This document shows, piece after piece, positions 8,491 through 20,400 of a DNA stretch of 64,000 nucleotides; position 1 is the stretch's first letter, and each line of letters starts with the position of its first letter. The notes beneath the pieces are model-generated. The model was given only the letters and a program-made list of their open reading frames with translations. It was not told the origin of the DNA and made no database searches. This DNA is from a virus, in IMG/VR virus record IMGVR_UViG_3300020418_000005, positions 10,826-74,825 of that record; one strand, written 5' to 3'. Both the position numbers and the translations under genes were made by a program.

Positions 8491-10169
8491 TTTTGTAATA
8501 CCATAACATGTATACCATTCCACCAACCATTAGGATCTTCTGGAACTTTAGTTAGTATTTTTCTCTCAAATAATAAATTGAGTTTATGTTCTTTTATCCA
8601 GAACTCAGATGATTGCACAACACCCATAAAGTTTGCATCGTCAACAACAAGAATAAACTTGTCTGCAAATGCAGGAATTAAGAATGTAAGATTATCATAC
8701 TGAGCTTGTGGATCGTGGTCTGCATCATAGAAAATTACATTAGGTTGTTTGTGTAAATCTCTAGGAGTTAGATCTTGAATTGTCTTAGCACAAAAATATT
8801 GTTTCTCTTGTAGTCCTGCCCAAAATATTTTCTTAGGATCTTCATATCCTTCTACTTCTACTTCATCTCTAAAAGGTGATATCTCTTTCTCAGAATAATT
8901 ATCTATAGCAAATGATTCTACATCTCTATTCATAGTAGCAGCATAAAATGTGCTACCAGCATGAACTCCTAACTCCATGTAGATTGCATCAGGTTTAGAT
9001 AATAAATTATTTAAAAAATGTCTTACTATATTAGATGACAGACCTTCATACTTATATCCTTCCTCTATAAAATTACTTTCTCTCCTTGCTGCCTTATCAA
9101 TAGATTCTAATACTAATTTAATATCGTCATCAAAATGTCTGTCGTTCTTTTTCATTCTAGATTGAACAACAGAATCACAATAATTACAATCCCAACAGTC
9201 AAACTTACATGTCTTTATTTTTTCTCGCCATATATCAATTGGTCTCTCTTCTAAAGAAACGTCTTCAATATATTCATTAAACTGTGGATGTAAAAGTTCT
9301 TCATTAGTTTTCCATCTATTAATAATAGACATACTTTCATAAAGACGCATAGCATTTTCTCTACCATGCATCTTGAATACATCTATACCAAGATCAATAA
9401 ATTCTTCCCAGTCTTTCCTCCATGGAGGTATAGTTGCTGCTTTCAATGATGCTGCAGGATCTTTCTCATCCCATGTAGAACAAGATACTCTACTGATACT
9501 ATCGTTAAAATATTGTGGGTCATCTTTCTCTCTTACCATATTATAATGGTAATGCTCTGGCATGATCGGGCATCCACCCCAACACCACTCATTAGAAAGT
9601 AATGATATCTTGACAGGTTTACCTATAGATGCACAGTATTCTTTTGCTTTCTTAATTTTAAGTAGAGAATCTCTATCACGCATAAGATCTCTGTCTAGAT
9701 TGATATAATAGAATCCTGCCTTTGCAAGATTTACAATTTCATTTGGTCTAGTAACTTCTCTGAGTATAGTATTCTTTACTTTTAATTCTGGAAACTCTCT
9801 CTGTATCTGCCCAGTCAACATCCATGTTGTATGTGGTAGGGTAACTATACGAACACCATTGTCATACAAGAATCTAAAATTCTCAATAAAAATATCCAAG
9901 TTCTCTTGTGTAGGAGGAACTTGGATATTATTAAATGTTGCAGACAAAGGTATCCCAGTCTCCTGTGATACAAACAAAGCATTTAAAGTTGTTTCTCTGA
10001 TGTCACCATCAATTACGTCACCCATTGCATCTTGCGTAAAGGGTGGCATACGACAGGTAAAATAGATATCGTAGATATATTCCTTATGTTCTTGTAGAAA
10101 AGGAATGAATTGGTTTACTACAAAATCCTCAGGTAATTTAGTATTAAGAGGTAGCGAGAAACTTGCCAT
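8487..10169 (-). CDS. U32-family-like (Fe-S hydroxylase/peptidase) domain fused to a class I SAM methyltransferase (Methyltransf_24-like)
   Basis: N-terminal TIM-barrel-like region with NEWCWGGCP..H, VSC, GIDVFKMHGRE (cf. U32 KIEGR) and CKFDCWDCNYC; C-terminal YMELGVHAGST, AIDN, IFYDADH, LVVDD. Confidence 0.75.
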   Translation of the reverse strand: MASFSLPLNTKLPEDFVVNQFIPFLQEHKEYIYDIYFTCRMPPFTQDAMGDVIDGDIRETTLNALFVSQETGIPLSATFNNIQVPPTQENLDIFIENFRFLYDNGVRIVTLPHTTWMLTGQIQREFPELKVKNTILREVTRPNEIVNLAKAGFYYINLDRDLMRDRDSLLKIKKAKEYCASIGKPVKISLLSNEWCWGGCPIMPEHYHYNMVREKDDPQYFNDSISRVSCSTWDEKDPAASLKAATIPPWRKDWEEFIDLGIDVFKMHGRENAMRLYESMSIINRWKTNEELLHPQFNEYIEDVSLEERPIDIWREKIKTCKFDCWDCNYCDSVVQSRMKKNDRHFDDDIKLVLESIDKAARRESNFIEEGYKYEGLSSNIVRHFLNNLLSKPDAIYMELGVHAGSTFYAATMNRDVESFAIDNYSEKEISPFRDEVEVEGYEDPKKIFWAGLQEKQYFCAKTIQDLTPRDLHKQPNVIFYDADHDPQAQYDNLTFLIPAFADKFILVVDDANFMGVVQSSEFWIKEHKLNLLFERKILTKVPEDPNGWWNGIHVMVLQK

Positions 10170-10431
10170 AATCTACGATCACTGCTTCCATATATAAATG
10201 TTCTTCACCAGGTTTATCTACTAAGATACCCTTGTGTGTCTCTGCTAGTTGCTCCAACTTTGATTGATCCAATTGTGGATATGTAATAGTGTCGCCACTT
10301 GTATCCCCTAATTCATACCTTTGCCATATAGCATGATGAATTACAGGCAATAGATCAAGATGTCTACTTGTTGGATTAAAAAATCTATCCATTTTCCCCT
10401 TGTAATTTGTATTGGTTTTCACCCTGTCCAC
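10144..10431 (-). CDS. Hypothetical protein
   Basis: ORF track; overlaps both neighbours in the operon; true start may be the second Met. Confidence 0.65.
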   Translation of the reverse strand: MDRVKTNTNYKGKMDRFFNPTSRHLDLLPVIHHAIWQRYELGDTSGDTITYPQLDQSKLEQLAETHKGILVDKPGEEHLYMEAVIVDYGKFLATS

Positions 10432-11221
10432 TATATTTATGTTCTAACAGTTTAGGCATTACTATACCATCCTGTGCTAACTGTGCTTGTAACTTCGGTG
10501 CGATCATTTTATTTAGTTTGTCAATACCACCACCAATCATACCAGAATACTGAACAGCAACACCAAGTGTTTCTACCTGATCTTCCTCTGGCATATCCAT
10601 GATTGTAGTCATGTTACCAGAACCAATTCTACCATAAGAAATAATATCCATTGCTGCTTGTTTGCCCATACGAGCAATCCAATACATTCTTACTTCCTGA
10701 TGATTCTCTTGACAATAATACTCTAAAGGATGCTCGTCGTCAACATATTTGTCAACAACATTTAAGAAATACTTTAACTCTAGTTCAGATTGCCTGAGTT
10801 TCCTTTTCCAAATACCAATATCATAATCATTTTTTTCCATATCAATTTGCATCAACTCTCTATCAAGTTCGTCAGGAAGCAATGGCATGTCCCTGTTCAA
10901 TCTTTTTCTAAGAATCTCTGCCTTTCTAAGACTATTTCTATTCTCCATGTATGCATGATATCTAGTTTCTAGTTCCATCAATGCTTGACGGACTTTTCTC
11001 CATGGAGTTAATTGAGGGTCAGCAACAAAGTGCTCACACTCATACTCTGTCATACCACTATCAAAACGCATAGATGCAGACAAGACATCAAAGTCTTTTT
11101 TAGTGAGTGCGAACTCGTCTACAAATGACTTTGATAAATGTATTTCGTTTGTGTCTGAACTTATTATATTTTTTACGTCTGCAATTATATCTGAAAAATT
11201 AGCGTCAGAATTTAAAGACAT
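10385..11221 (-). CDS. Hypothetical coiled-coil protein
   Basis: 278-aa ORF, TPWRKVRQALMELETR helical region; part of a coupled operon. Confidence 0.8.
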   Translation of the reverse strand: MSLNSDANFSDIIADVKNIISSDTNEIHLSKSFVDEFALTKKDFDVLSASMRFDSGMTEYECEHFVADPQLTPWRKVRQALMELETRYHAYMENRNSLRKAEILRKRLNRDMPLLPDELDRELMQIDMEKNDYDIGIWKRKLRQSELELKYFLNVVDKYVDDEHPLEYYCQENHQEVRMYWIARMGKQAAMDIISYGRIGSGNMTTIMDMPEEDQVETLGVAVQYSGMIGGGIDKLNKMIAPKLQAQLAQDGIVMPKLLEHKYSGQGENQYKLQGENG

Positions 11222-12014
11222 AGGGTTCTACCTCATACTCTGGTTTGCGATCCCAGTCAGTATCAGATTTTGTTCTCCCCATCTCAATCGCTTGCTTTTG
11301 AGGCAACATGATACCAATGTGATCTTCATATAATATATTTAGGTCCCAAATTTCAGTGCAACTTTCAAATTTCTTTATTAGGATTTGATATTCTACTAGC
11401 ATTGTAGATAGTTTATCTTCCCATGCTTCTGCATTTGCAAGTATCTTATTTGAAAGAGTGTCTTTGTCAATATGTCTTTCAGCAGATAGGTAGTCTAAGA
11501 AAGGAGTTTTACTACCACCTAGTCCTTTATTTTCTAACCATTCTCTTGCTTCATGCTTTTGGATTTCCCAAGATGCTACTTCTAGATCTGTAGTGTTCTT
11601 AAGATTCTTAAGACGTGTGTTGTATTCATCTTCAATAATTTCTTTTGCAAAATATATCATGAAGTCTACAACTTCTTTCTTAATTTCTGGTGTAAGTTCG
11701 ATAGGAACTTTTAAAACTGGGTTAGCAGGAGTCCATGCATAACCAGCTGAATCAACCGATGCAGCAACCTTACCAAACGGTCTAATTTCTGAGAAGAAGT
11801 TTGATCCGTTATATGCTTGTGCTTTTGTAACTTCTAAGTATTTGTGTTCCCATTCTTTAGATATAGTTTGGAAAACTGTTTCACTGACCTCTACACATGA
11901 GAAGTGCATCAACGAAAACATTTCGCTGTAGTGCAGTCTGGTATCCCCAGTAGCAGTCATGTTTACAAACTGTTCTGGATTGATTTCTTTTTCGTTGACG
12001 ATTAAGTATCTCAT
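11205..12014 (-). CDS. Tail fibre assembly/chaperone-like protein (DUF4376-like)
   Basis: EVASWEIQKHEAREW...TPFLDYLSAER.IDKDTL.NKILANA motif typical of fibre-associated chaperones; follows a fibre-like gene. Confidence 0.55.
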   Translation of the reverse strand: MRYLIVNEKEINPEQFVNMTATGDTRLHYSEMFSLMHFSCVEVSETVFQTISKEWEHKYLEVTKAQAYNGSNFFSEIRPFGKVAASVDSAGYAWTPANPVLKVPIELTPEIKKEVVDFMIYFAKEIIEDEYNTRLKNLKNTTDLEVASWEIQKHEAREWLENKGLGGSKTPFLDYLSAERHIDKDTLSNKILANAEAWEDKLSTMLVEYQILIKKFESCTEIWDLNILYEDHIGIMLPQKQAIEMGRTKSDTDWDRKPEYEVEPYVFKF

Positions 12015-13300
12015 TATTGTGCTCGTTTAGCAGTTACAGAAGCGGATGCTGAACAGCAACCACCAGAAGATGTTCCATAATGTCCTTTTGGTCTAGTAGC
12101 AGCTGGCATATTTGTTTCAACGTCAGTGGAGTAATCCCACTTAGTTGTATGGTTGTTCTGCTGACCATCATATTGTCCCATCATGTATCCTTTGTCTTGA
12201 CCCATCATCATATTTTCTTCACCATAAGCACGAACTTTAGTTCCGTTCTTAAGACCAGCTCCAGATGATCCACTGTATTTAGTCCAAGGTGATGTAACAT
12301 TGTTACCAGTTCCACAGTAGAAGTGACCATACTTAGAAGGAAGTGGTTTACAAACTCCGTCAGGAGACATGTTAGATGACCAACCAGCCCAACTATCGTT
12401 GGAATGATTGACGTAGTATCTACTACCACGGAAGGATGCCCAAGATCTATTCTCATCACCACAAGATGCAGTGTGGTCAGAACCAGAAGGTGAGTTACCT
12501 ACCTGATACATGATCTCAGATGAGTAGTGAAGTTTACCTACAGCAGAGTTACCTCCACCTAAGTTGTAACCAAACTGTTGTACCTGTGCAGTAGCAGTTG
12601 AGTTTCTATCTCGGTTAACTGGCATATTCCAACCACCAACAGTTGTATATCCCATAACTCCTCTAGGATCGTCTCCTTCCCAACCATATGGTGAGGTTGG
12701 AGAGTAAGTACCACCGCCTGGGTTTGATCCAGTAGTACCAAACATTCGTCTCATACCTGTGTGTAGGTTGATCGAGTCTGTAAAGTTAGAAGATCCCGTG
12801 AAAGAGTTAACGCAACCATGACCATACCCGAAGTAATCACTCCATGTACAGTCAGCGTAAGTAAGTGCTCTAGTTAGTTGTTCTCCACAATAGAAAGTAA
12901 TATCATTTGCATGCCATGTTTTATTAACCGTTCTCCAAGGATTAGATCCTTTATACCCCGCCACCAGATAACCGTGTGTTATCAAACTTCTATATCTGAA
13001 TCCTGTAAGAGGAGCAGATGCAACAGTCTGACCAGGATACGCCCAGAAAACACCGTTGCTTCCATCAGATACTAGATAAGAACCTCTAGTTACATCAGCT
13101 GGTTCTGGAATACCACCACCAACTTCATCCCAGTCTGAACCATTCCAAATCTGTGCCTTACCTTCAGATGTATTGAAGATTAATTGACCTACGTTTGGTG
13201 ATGCTGGTCTATTCGAGTTATTAAAAGATGGCAGTTTAAGACCTTGCGTCGTTAAACTCGCATTACCTGTTAAAACTGTTCCAACTGTTAACTGAGACAT
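12014..13300 (-). CDS. Virion structural / receptor-binding protein with G/Y/W-rich propeller-like C-terminus
   Basis: LKLPSF...RPASPNVGQLIFNT...IWNGSDW fibre motif; repeated GY..GG segments; ATAAATA site at 13325-13331. Confidence 0.65.
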   Translation of the reverse strand: MSQLTVGTVLTGNASLTTQGLKLPSFNNSNRPASPNVGQLIFNTSEGKAQIWNGSDWDEVGGGIPEPADVTRGSYLVSDGSNGVFWAYPGQTVASAPLTGFRYRSLITHGYLVAGYKGSNPWRTVNKTWHANDITFYCGEQLTRALTYADCTWSDYFGYGHGCVNSFTGSSNFTDSINLHTGMRRMFGTTGSNPGGGTYSPTSPYGWEGDDPRGVMGYTTVGGWNMPVNRDRNSTATAQVQQFGYNLGGGNSAVGKLHYSSEIMYQVGNSPSGSDHTASCGDENRSWASFRGSRYYVNHSNDSWAGWSSNMSPDGVCKPLPSKYGHFYCGTGNNVTSPWTKYSGSSGAGLKNGTKVRAYGEENMMMGQDKGYMMGQYDGQQNNHTTKWDYSTDVETNMPAATRPKGHYGTSSGGCCSASASVTAKRAQ

Positions 13301-13327
13301 GGTTACACTACTTTCCTATAAGTTTAT

Positions 13328-13681
13328 TTATGGTTTGGGATTGTTTTCTTTAACTTCTTTCACTTTCTCAAACCACTTGGATGTTTCTTTGCCTGGTATA
13401 ATACCAGCATCCATGTCATGATATAGCATATCCAATTGTTCTGCAAAATCTGGATACTCTTGTTTGCGAGCAAGATCGTATGCAGTTGGTTCACGAACTA
13501 TTTTTTGTAATTCATTTGTTGCTCGGTTGAATTCATAGTCAGCCTCGCCTAAACCTTTATCTATTTCTTCTAGATACTGCACCCACATGAAATCTTCATG
13601 TACCTCAAACTGGTCGTCTGATCCACCTTTCACGAACTGAAGTACAGTTCCGTTATGTTTATTTACAAGTACTTGATACAT
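13328..13681 (-). CDS. Tail-fibre-associated chaperone-like protein; start moved to ATG 13681
   Basis: YDLARKQEYPDFAEQLDMLYHD...WFEKVKEVKENNPKP motif common after marine phage fibre genes; TAATG overlap. Confidence 0.65.
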   Translation of the reverse strand: MYQVLVNKHNGTVLQFVKGGSDDQFEVHEDFMWVQYLEEIDKGLGEADYEFNRATNELQKIVREPTAYDLARKQEYPDFAEQLDMLYHDMDAGIIPGKETSKWFEKVKEVKENNPKP

Positions 13682-14436
13682 TAGGTATACTCCCATACGA
13701 TTACGCAACCAGCACCACCGTTGCCATTATTATGTGCATATCCATTTTGTGAATAATATCCATAAGCACCACCAGAACCCCATTGTCCATGTGTGCTCTC
13801 TGCTCCATCGCTAGAGTTATGATGGTTAGATCCTGCCTTATGCCAAAATGTAGATCCACTACAACCTTCTCTATTAGAACCGTGTGACATTTCGCCAGGT
13901 CCGCCAGGTAGGTTTATATCTCCACCAGAGGCATCTCCACCTCTTCCTCCTTCATATGGGTTATCAGTGTAACCACCTTGTCCACCAGAAGCAGAGCAAT
14001 AGTTACCAAAAGATGAAGTTCCTCCAGATCCTCCTCTACCACCATTACGAGCATAACCACCGCCACCACCATATGTGTAGTTAACGCTGTTTACACCAGA
14101 AACATCAATGTATTTAATAGCAGTAGCTCCACCGCCACCACCAGCACCACGATAGTTGTTGTCATTACAACGACAACCTCCACCACCACCAGTGACGTAA
14201 ACTAATACATGATTACAACCAGATGGTTTTGTCCATGTACCAGATCCACCAGAGGTTGATCTATCTGCCCAGTTTCCATTCTGTGATGTATATGTTTTGA
14301 TGCCAATTAAAGCACCAGGAGTTGTCATTTCAGAATAACCACTTCCATTCCATATTCTCAAATTATCGTTTTGCAGATCCATTATATTAACACCAGCGGT
14401 GTTTTGGATCTGGTCTACTTTTAAAATACCTGCCAT
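13681..14436 (-). CDS. Glycine-rich adhesin-like protein (gp38-like polyglycine domain)
   Basis: SGTWTKPSG..VLVYVTGGGGG, GGGGGAT, GGTSSFG, GGAGCVIVWEY; directly downstream of the long fibre. Confidence 0.75.
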   Translation of the reverse strand: MAGILKVDQIQNTAGVNIMDLQNDNLRIWNGSGYSEMTTPGALIGIKTYTSQNGNWADRSTSGGSGTWTKPSGCNHVLVYVTGGGGGCRCNDNNYRGAGGGGGATAIKYIDVSGVNSVNYTYGGGGGYARNGGRGGSGGTSSFGNYCSASGGQGGYTDNPYEGGRGGDASGGDINLPGGPGEMSHGSNREGCSGSTFWHKAGSNHHNSSDGAESTHGQWGSGGAYGYYSQNGYAHNNGNGGAGCVIVWEYT

Positions 14437-14448
14437 CTTTAGATTCCT

Positions 14449-17400
14449 TTATACAATAGCCCAGTTACCACCACTATTTATAGTGACTGTATAACCGTTA
14501 GCAATGGTGATAGGTCCTGCACTAACACAGTTAATGTTTGCAGGAATTGTTATATTCTCAGCAACAGTATTACTGTTTGACTTGAATATACCATAAGAGT
14601 CGATCCACTGTTTAACGCCATTAGCATATAGGAAACCGTTCTCTATGTTAGTATCTCCAGAAATATGTAACTGATATGTTGGATTAGTTCTATTAATTCC
14701 AACTCTAGATAATCTGTAAATATCTAGATTGTTAGATGCTTCTGTCCATCTAGATGTTACGAACTCAGAGTTGTTCTGGAACAACTGTCCGTTAATGTTC
14801 ATATCACCTTGAACATTTAGATAGTAACTTCTAGTTGTGTTTGATTCAGAGTCAACACCAGATATTGCTGATGTATTAATAGCAACTCTTCTGTCACCTC
14901 TAACATAAATTGCAGGAGTGCTATCCCAGTTCTGACCACCATTGTTTGTAGATGGTGTTATCTCAAACGCATTGTTATGACCAATCTGGTTACCAATTCT
15001 AAAGTTTCTTTGTGAGTTAGAACCTAAGAAGTATATTGGTGCACCAGAGTTATCATTAGCAGAATCTATATATGCACCAGTAGTAAATCTTGCATTACCA
15101 CCAACATCAAGAGTGTAACTTGGATTGTTATTATTAACACCAAGTCTTCTTTCAGCAACGATATCTCCAAATACTTTAAATCCAGTGAGTGCTTCTGATC
15201 CAAACAATTCCCATCCATCGTTCCATGGAGTACCAGAAATAGATCCATCTTGATGCTTATACTGGAATGTTCCTTGTTGAGTGTATCCTCCTTGATGATC
15301 ACTAAATTTAATCTTAGCACCAACACCGTTACTACTGGTGCGAATTAGGATACCATCATTACCCTGTACGTGAAGTGTTGATGCTGGATTTGTAGTATTG
15401 ATACCAACCTCATAAGCAGATACATCAACAAACAAAGCACCAGAAACATTAAGATCATTATTAACGTTAGTGAAATTATTGAGGTTTGTAATACCAGCGA
15501 CTGTAAGTCCAGAAGTACCACCAGTGATGTTCAATGAACCAGTCATTGTATCACCAGTCTTCAATACGTTAAGTGATGCAGAACCAACTAAGTTTGCTGT
15601 AATTGTTCCAGCAGAGAAGTTACCAGATCCATCACGTTGTACAGCATAATTTGGTGTGTTGGAACTTGAGAATTGTATGTTACCTTGGTTCCAAACAACT
15701 TGGTTCTTAATTGTAAATCCGTCAGCATTTACAACATCAACGTTAAGAGAACCAGATCCTGCAGATGCATTACCACCTGATGCTTCTATCTTAGCGTTGT
15801 AACTAGCAGCGAGCTGAGATGAGTTGAATAATATTCTAGGTGTAGTTGCGTTACCATCTTTTCTACCTAGTTGTAACTGTCCAACACCACCATCACTATG
15901 TAAGTTACAAACTTCTAGTGTGTTACCATCTTCAATAGTAAAGTCATCAAACTCTACTCTGTTAGATGCAGTACCAACTGTTAGAGCACCAGCAAAATTA
16001 CCAGATGTAAGTCTACCAATTAAGATTGTAAAATCATTGAAGTTATCATTAACATCATCATTTGTGATAACGTTGTCAATAACAAAACTACCAACACCCT
16101 GTGCGTTAGCATTGTAAAGGTTTACAGATGGGTTATTAGGATCGCCAGGTATGAATGGTGCTGTATTTAATATTTGACCTGAGACATATATTCTAAACTT
16201 AGGATCACCAGCAAATGCTTTGATCGTGACCTTATCTCTAAACTTAGTCTCACTAATAAATCTAGGAAGTCTATTATCAGATAATGTTCCGTAGTTAATG
16301 TTTAATGCATTCTGATACCAAGCACCTTGTCTGTTGTCTAGTTTATCAGCATCCATTCCAGAATCAACACCATCACTTAATGATGTCCATACCTTCGCCC
16401 ATGAATTCCATGTGCTGACTCCATTACCAGAACCACGAAGATACATGTTGTCATCATTAGCAAATGCAAGTTGTCTTACACCACCAAACGATGCGTCAAA
16501 ACCAGAGGCACCATTTCTTATAGTTAGAACTAAGTGCTTAGTAGATGTTCCAGTTCCAATACCTGTGTTAACAGAAGGATATGCAGTTCCTAATCCATTA
16601 GAACTGTTGAATACTGTGTTAGAAATAACACCCTCAACGAAACTGTTTGGATTTGGGTTAGAGGTTGGGTTGTTAGTACCAGTTTGTAATCTAATTGTGT
16701 TAGCAGAAGATCCACTAATATCAATACCATATATACCACCTAGTCTATCTTGTGGAACTTGTCCAGCGAATAAGTGGTTTGCATTGGTATAGTAATTACC
16801 TTGCTGTCCATCTAATAAGTCAGCATCCAATCCACTATCAGGACCAGTCTTAAGTTCAACAGATCCGTTTCCTGCTTGACCAATATTAAATTGTGATTTT
16901 TTATATCTGGAAACACCAATTGTTCCGTAGAGGTCAGCAGAAATTGTTAGGTCAGTAACCCTGTTAATATCAAGAGAAACGTTTGCATACTGTCTATTGA
17001 CTGTACTTACTTTTGCATTTAATACTAAACTAGATCCACCACCAATTGATGATGGTGCAACTGTAATTGAGAAGTCAGCATTATATCCAGTACCACCATC
17101 AGTAACAGTAAGTTCTGTAACTGTATTACCAGAAACAACAATATTTGCTTTGAGTCCTGTACCAGTACCACCCTGTAAAGGTTGGTCAAAATATTGTCCG
17201 TTTGTAAATCCTGATCCGCCGTTTGCAATGATAACATCATCAACGAATCCACCCTGTGTAAAGGTAGACTCAAATGTCATTGGTGATTCACCACGCTCAA
17301 ACTCAATGATTGTTCCTAATGGAATATTTTGAGTAACTGGATTGTTCAATGCTATGGTTGTTAATCCAGCGGCAGTAACAACACCAGTGATACTTGTGTT

Positions 17401-20400
17401 TGCTTGAATACCAGCAATTCCTTGTAACACATCATGACCAATGAGAACGTCAGAGTTCGTGGTAAATACCATGGATGACGATCCAGTATTACACTGTGAT
17501 GCTAGTTTAGCAAAGTATCTTGTTTCAGCACCCTTAACTGACTGAACTGCTAATGCAAAGTTCTGGTCACCTCTTAAGAATGTGAATGAGTTTGCAGCAC
17601 CACCTGATGCTAATCTATCTGTCTCAATAACACCTGATGTAATATCTGATGCAGCAATCTGGTTGGATGATAGAGATACCCAGTTATTAACATTGAATGA
17701 AGATGTATTAATCGTTCTATTAATATTAACTGTATTTGCACTTGGTGTTGAACTATCATCAACAGTGTCTGTATCTTCAATCTTGATATTATTAACGATG
17801 TTACCATATAATCTACTCTCAATTAAAGGACTACCCTGTGCTTGTGTACCAGCACCTGGAGGAGCAGAGAATGTAACAGTAGGTTGTGTGGTATATCCTT
17901 TACCACCTTTAAATCCATTGAACTCAACAATAGTAACAGTAACAACCTGACCATTTGCAATCGTACAAGTTGCAGCTGCTGATACAGCACCAGCTGCAGG
18001 GTTACCACCTGAGAAACTAACAGTTGGTGCAACAGTATATCCAGAACCACCATTCGTGATGTTGACTGTGTATACAACACCTTGTCTATATTCTGTTGAC
18101 TGTATACGACCACCAGATATACTACCCTCGAAGATATCTCCAATTGTAAATGCGAGACTGGTATCTACTGCAAATCCTAAGAATAAACTTTCTAAGTCAT
18201 TGTTCAAGATGAATGACTGTGATGTATCCTGTTGGATAGCGATGTCACCAGCAAGTGCACCCTCTAGAGATGTTCTTTCTGCTTGGTTAGCAACTGTAAA
18301 TACACTGAATGGTCTTAGAGCAGGAATCTGGTCAATAGATATCTTACCAGAGTCAGTCAATTCAACTAGTGCTCTAGGAACAGCGTTGGTAGAATATGGT
18401 TTGTTGATGTAAGGTCCTAAAGAGTTAGTGATGTAGTCTCTAACCGCTTTCTGTGTAGGTAGTTTAGAGTCACTAGAGTTAGCACCACCCAATGTGTTAG
18501 ATGCGTCAAAACCAGTAACAACAACGTCACCACCTTTTAGTTTCAAGAATTCAACTTCAGAGATTGTAACCGTACCAGTGAAGGTAATAGCACCAGTTCT
18601 GTTTTCAATTCTAGCGAATGTACCAACCTTGAAGTCTCCAAGTTCGTCAGTACCAGAAACATATACACGACCATATAATTCAGAAACCTGTTCATATGCC
18701 TCAATCTTAGTACCACCGTTCTCAGGTAGTGCTAGGTAGTTAGTACCTGATCCAGCAAATTCCCAAGTGTGTGATGAGGAGTTAACGATAGATGGTCTAT
18801 GTAACTTGATATTTTTACCAAGAAGAACACCAGTAGATACTGGGTTTCCTGTGTTCAGATCAGTAAGATCCATACCTTGACCAGTACCATCATCAAATGT
18901 TAACTGTGCAGAGAATGGAGGACCTACAGTAACACCAGCAACAACATCAATAAAGTATTCTATATTTGTATTTGTATTTCTATATCCGTCAATCTTACCA
19001 ACATAATGCTCTAGTGGTTCTCTTCCTAATCCACTAACTGTAAGAATTGTTCTACCTGTAGGTGTAGCAGATACGTTACTGATTATACCTTGGTCAAATT
19101 CATAACACTCTGCTCTATATCCAACACCACGGAGAGCATATGTACCGAAGTTTGTAGCAGAGTTAGTAATGGAACAATAACCACCTGACTCAGCAAGTAC
19201 ACCATCTTGACAGAAGATAACAAACACAGAAACCAACTGTGTATAACCATCGTTAATAACTTTATATCCAGTACCACCAAAGGAGACAATCGTGAATGCA
19301 GATGCAACCATCGACTTACCCTGATTAGGGAAGGATGCAGTTCCATCTAGTTCAAGACCAGGAAATGGGCAGTTGGGTTGTTTAACTTTAGATCCATCAA
19401 CCAGTGCACCACCACCTCCTAAGAAAGAGATAACAGATGCGTTCTGTGTATATGGAGATGCCTCAATAATTGGGAAGTCATCAAAGTCACCACGAATTGC
19501 TACTCTCCTATTAAATTCATCATATAAGAAACTATCAGGGTATGTAAAGAGTAGTGAAGCATCAAATAAAGTTCCATATGTTCTTGGTGTAGAACCAGCA
19601 GCAGTTGTACCATCCAACACATCAGTCAATGTGCTCATGATTGTGTTGATAGATGTAGCAACTCCAGCACATAATGGTGCAGCTCCTGCAGCGTATACAG
19701 ATACAGAATTTGCATCCATTCTCTTAAACGTATGAGCAGCAGATGGTTGATGAATTATAGCACCAGTGCTTGCACTTACAAATGTGTGAACAGATTGTGG
19801 ATAATGTTGTATTGCATCAGCAGCTGCTGCTACAAACGTATGATTGGTTGTGTTAGATGATGTACCAACATTGACTGTTAAAGTTCCTGTCTGTCTCTTA
19901 AGACCATTTGATGTTGCAGTAACGAAAGTATGTGTTCCTCCAAATGCAGTAATACCAACATTAACTTCAAATGTATTATTAGTTTTGTTGAAAATTTGTA
20001 ACCATCTACCACTAGCACGGTCTGTAGCACGTGGATATGTATGGTTGGTTGCATTACCATCTAGAGAACATGTAAATGTTAATGAGTCATCATCAAATTT
20101 AACATAATCACCATCACTAAATCCATGACCATTACTGGTAACTACCATTACACCAGTGCTAGGTGTATATGTTGCATTTGAGACTGTATGCTGTGATTCA
20201 CTTACAGCAGTAATTGTTCTAGAAGTTCCAGATGCAGGATCAGAAGGTCTTGGATATGAATGGTTTGTAGCATTACCATCTTGAGCACATGTGAATACCA
20301 ATGAATTATCAACAATTACGATACCACGCCCAACTCCTAAACCATGCTGACCAACGGTCAAAATCATGTCACCTGTATTAGGATCATATTGTGCGTTTGT

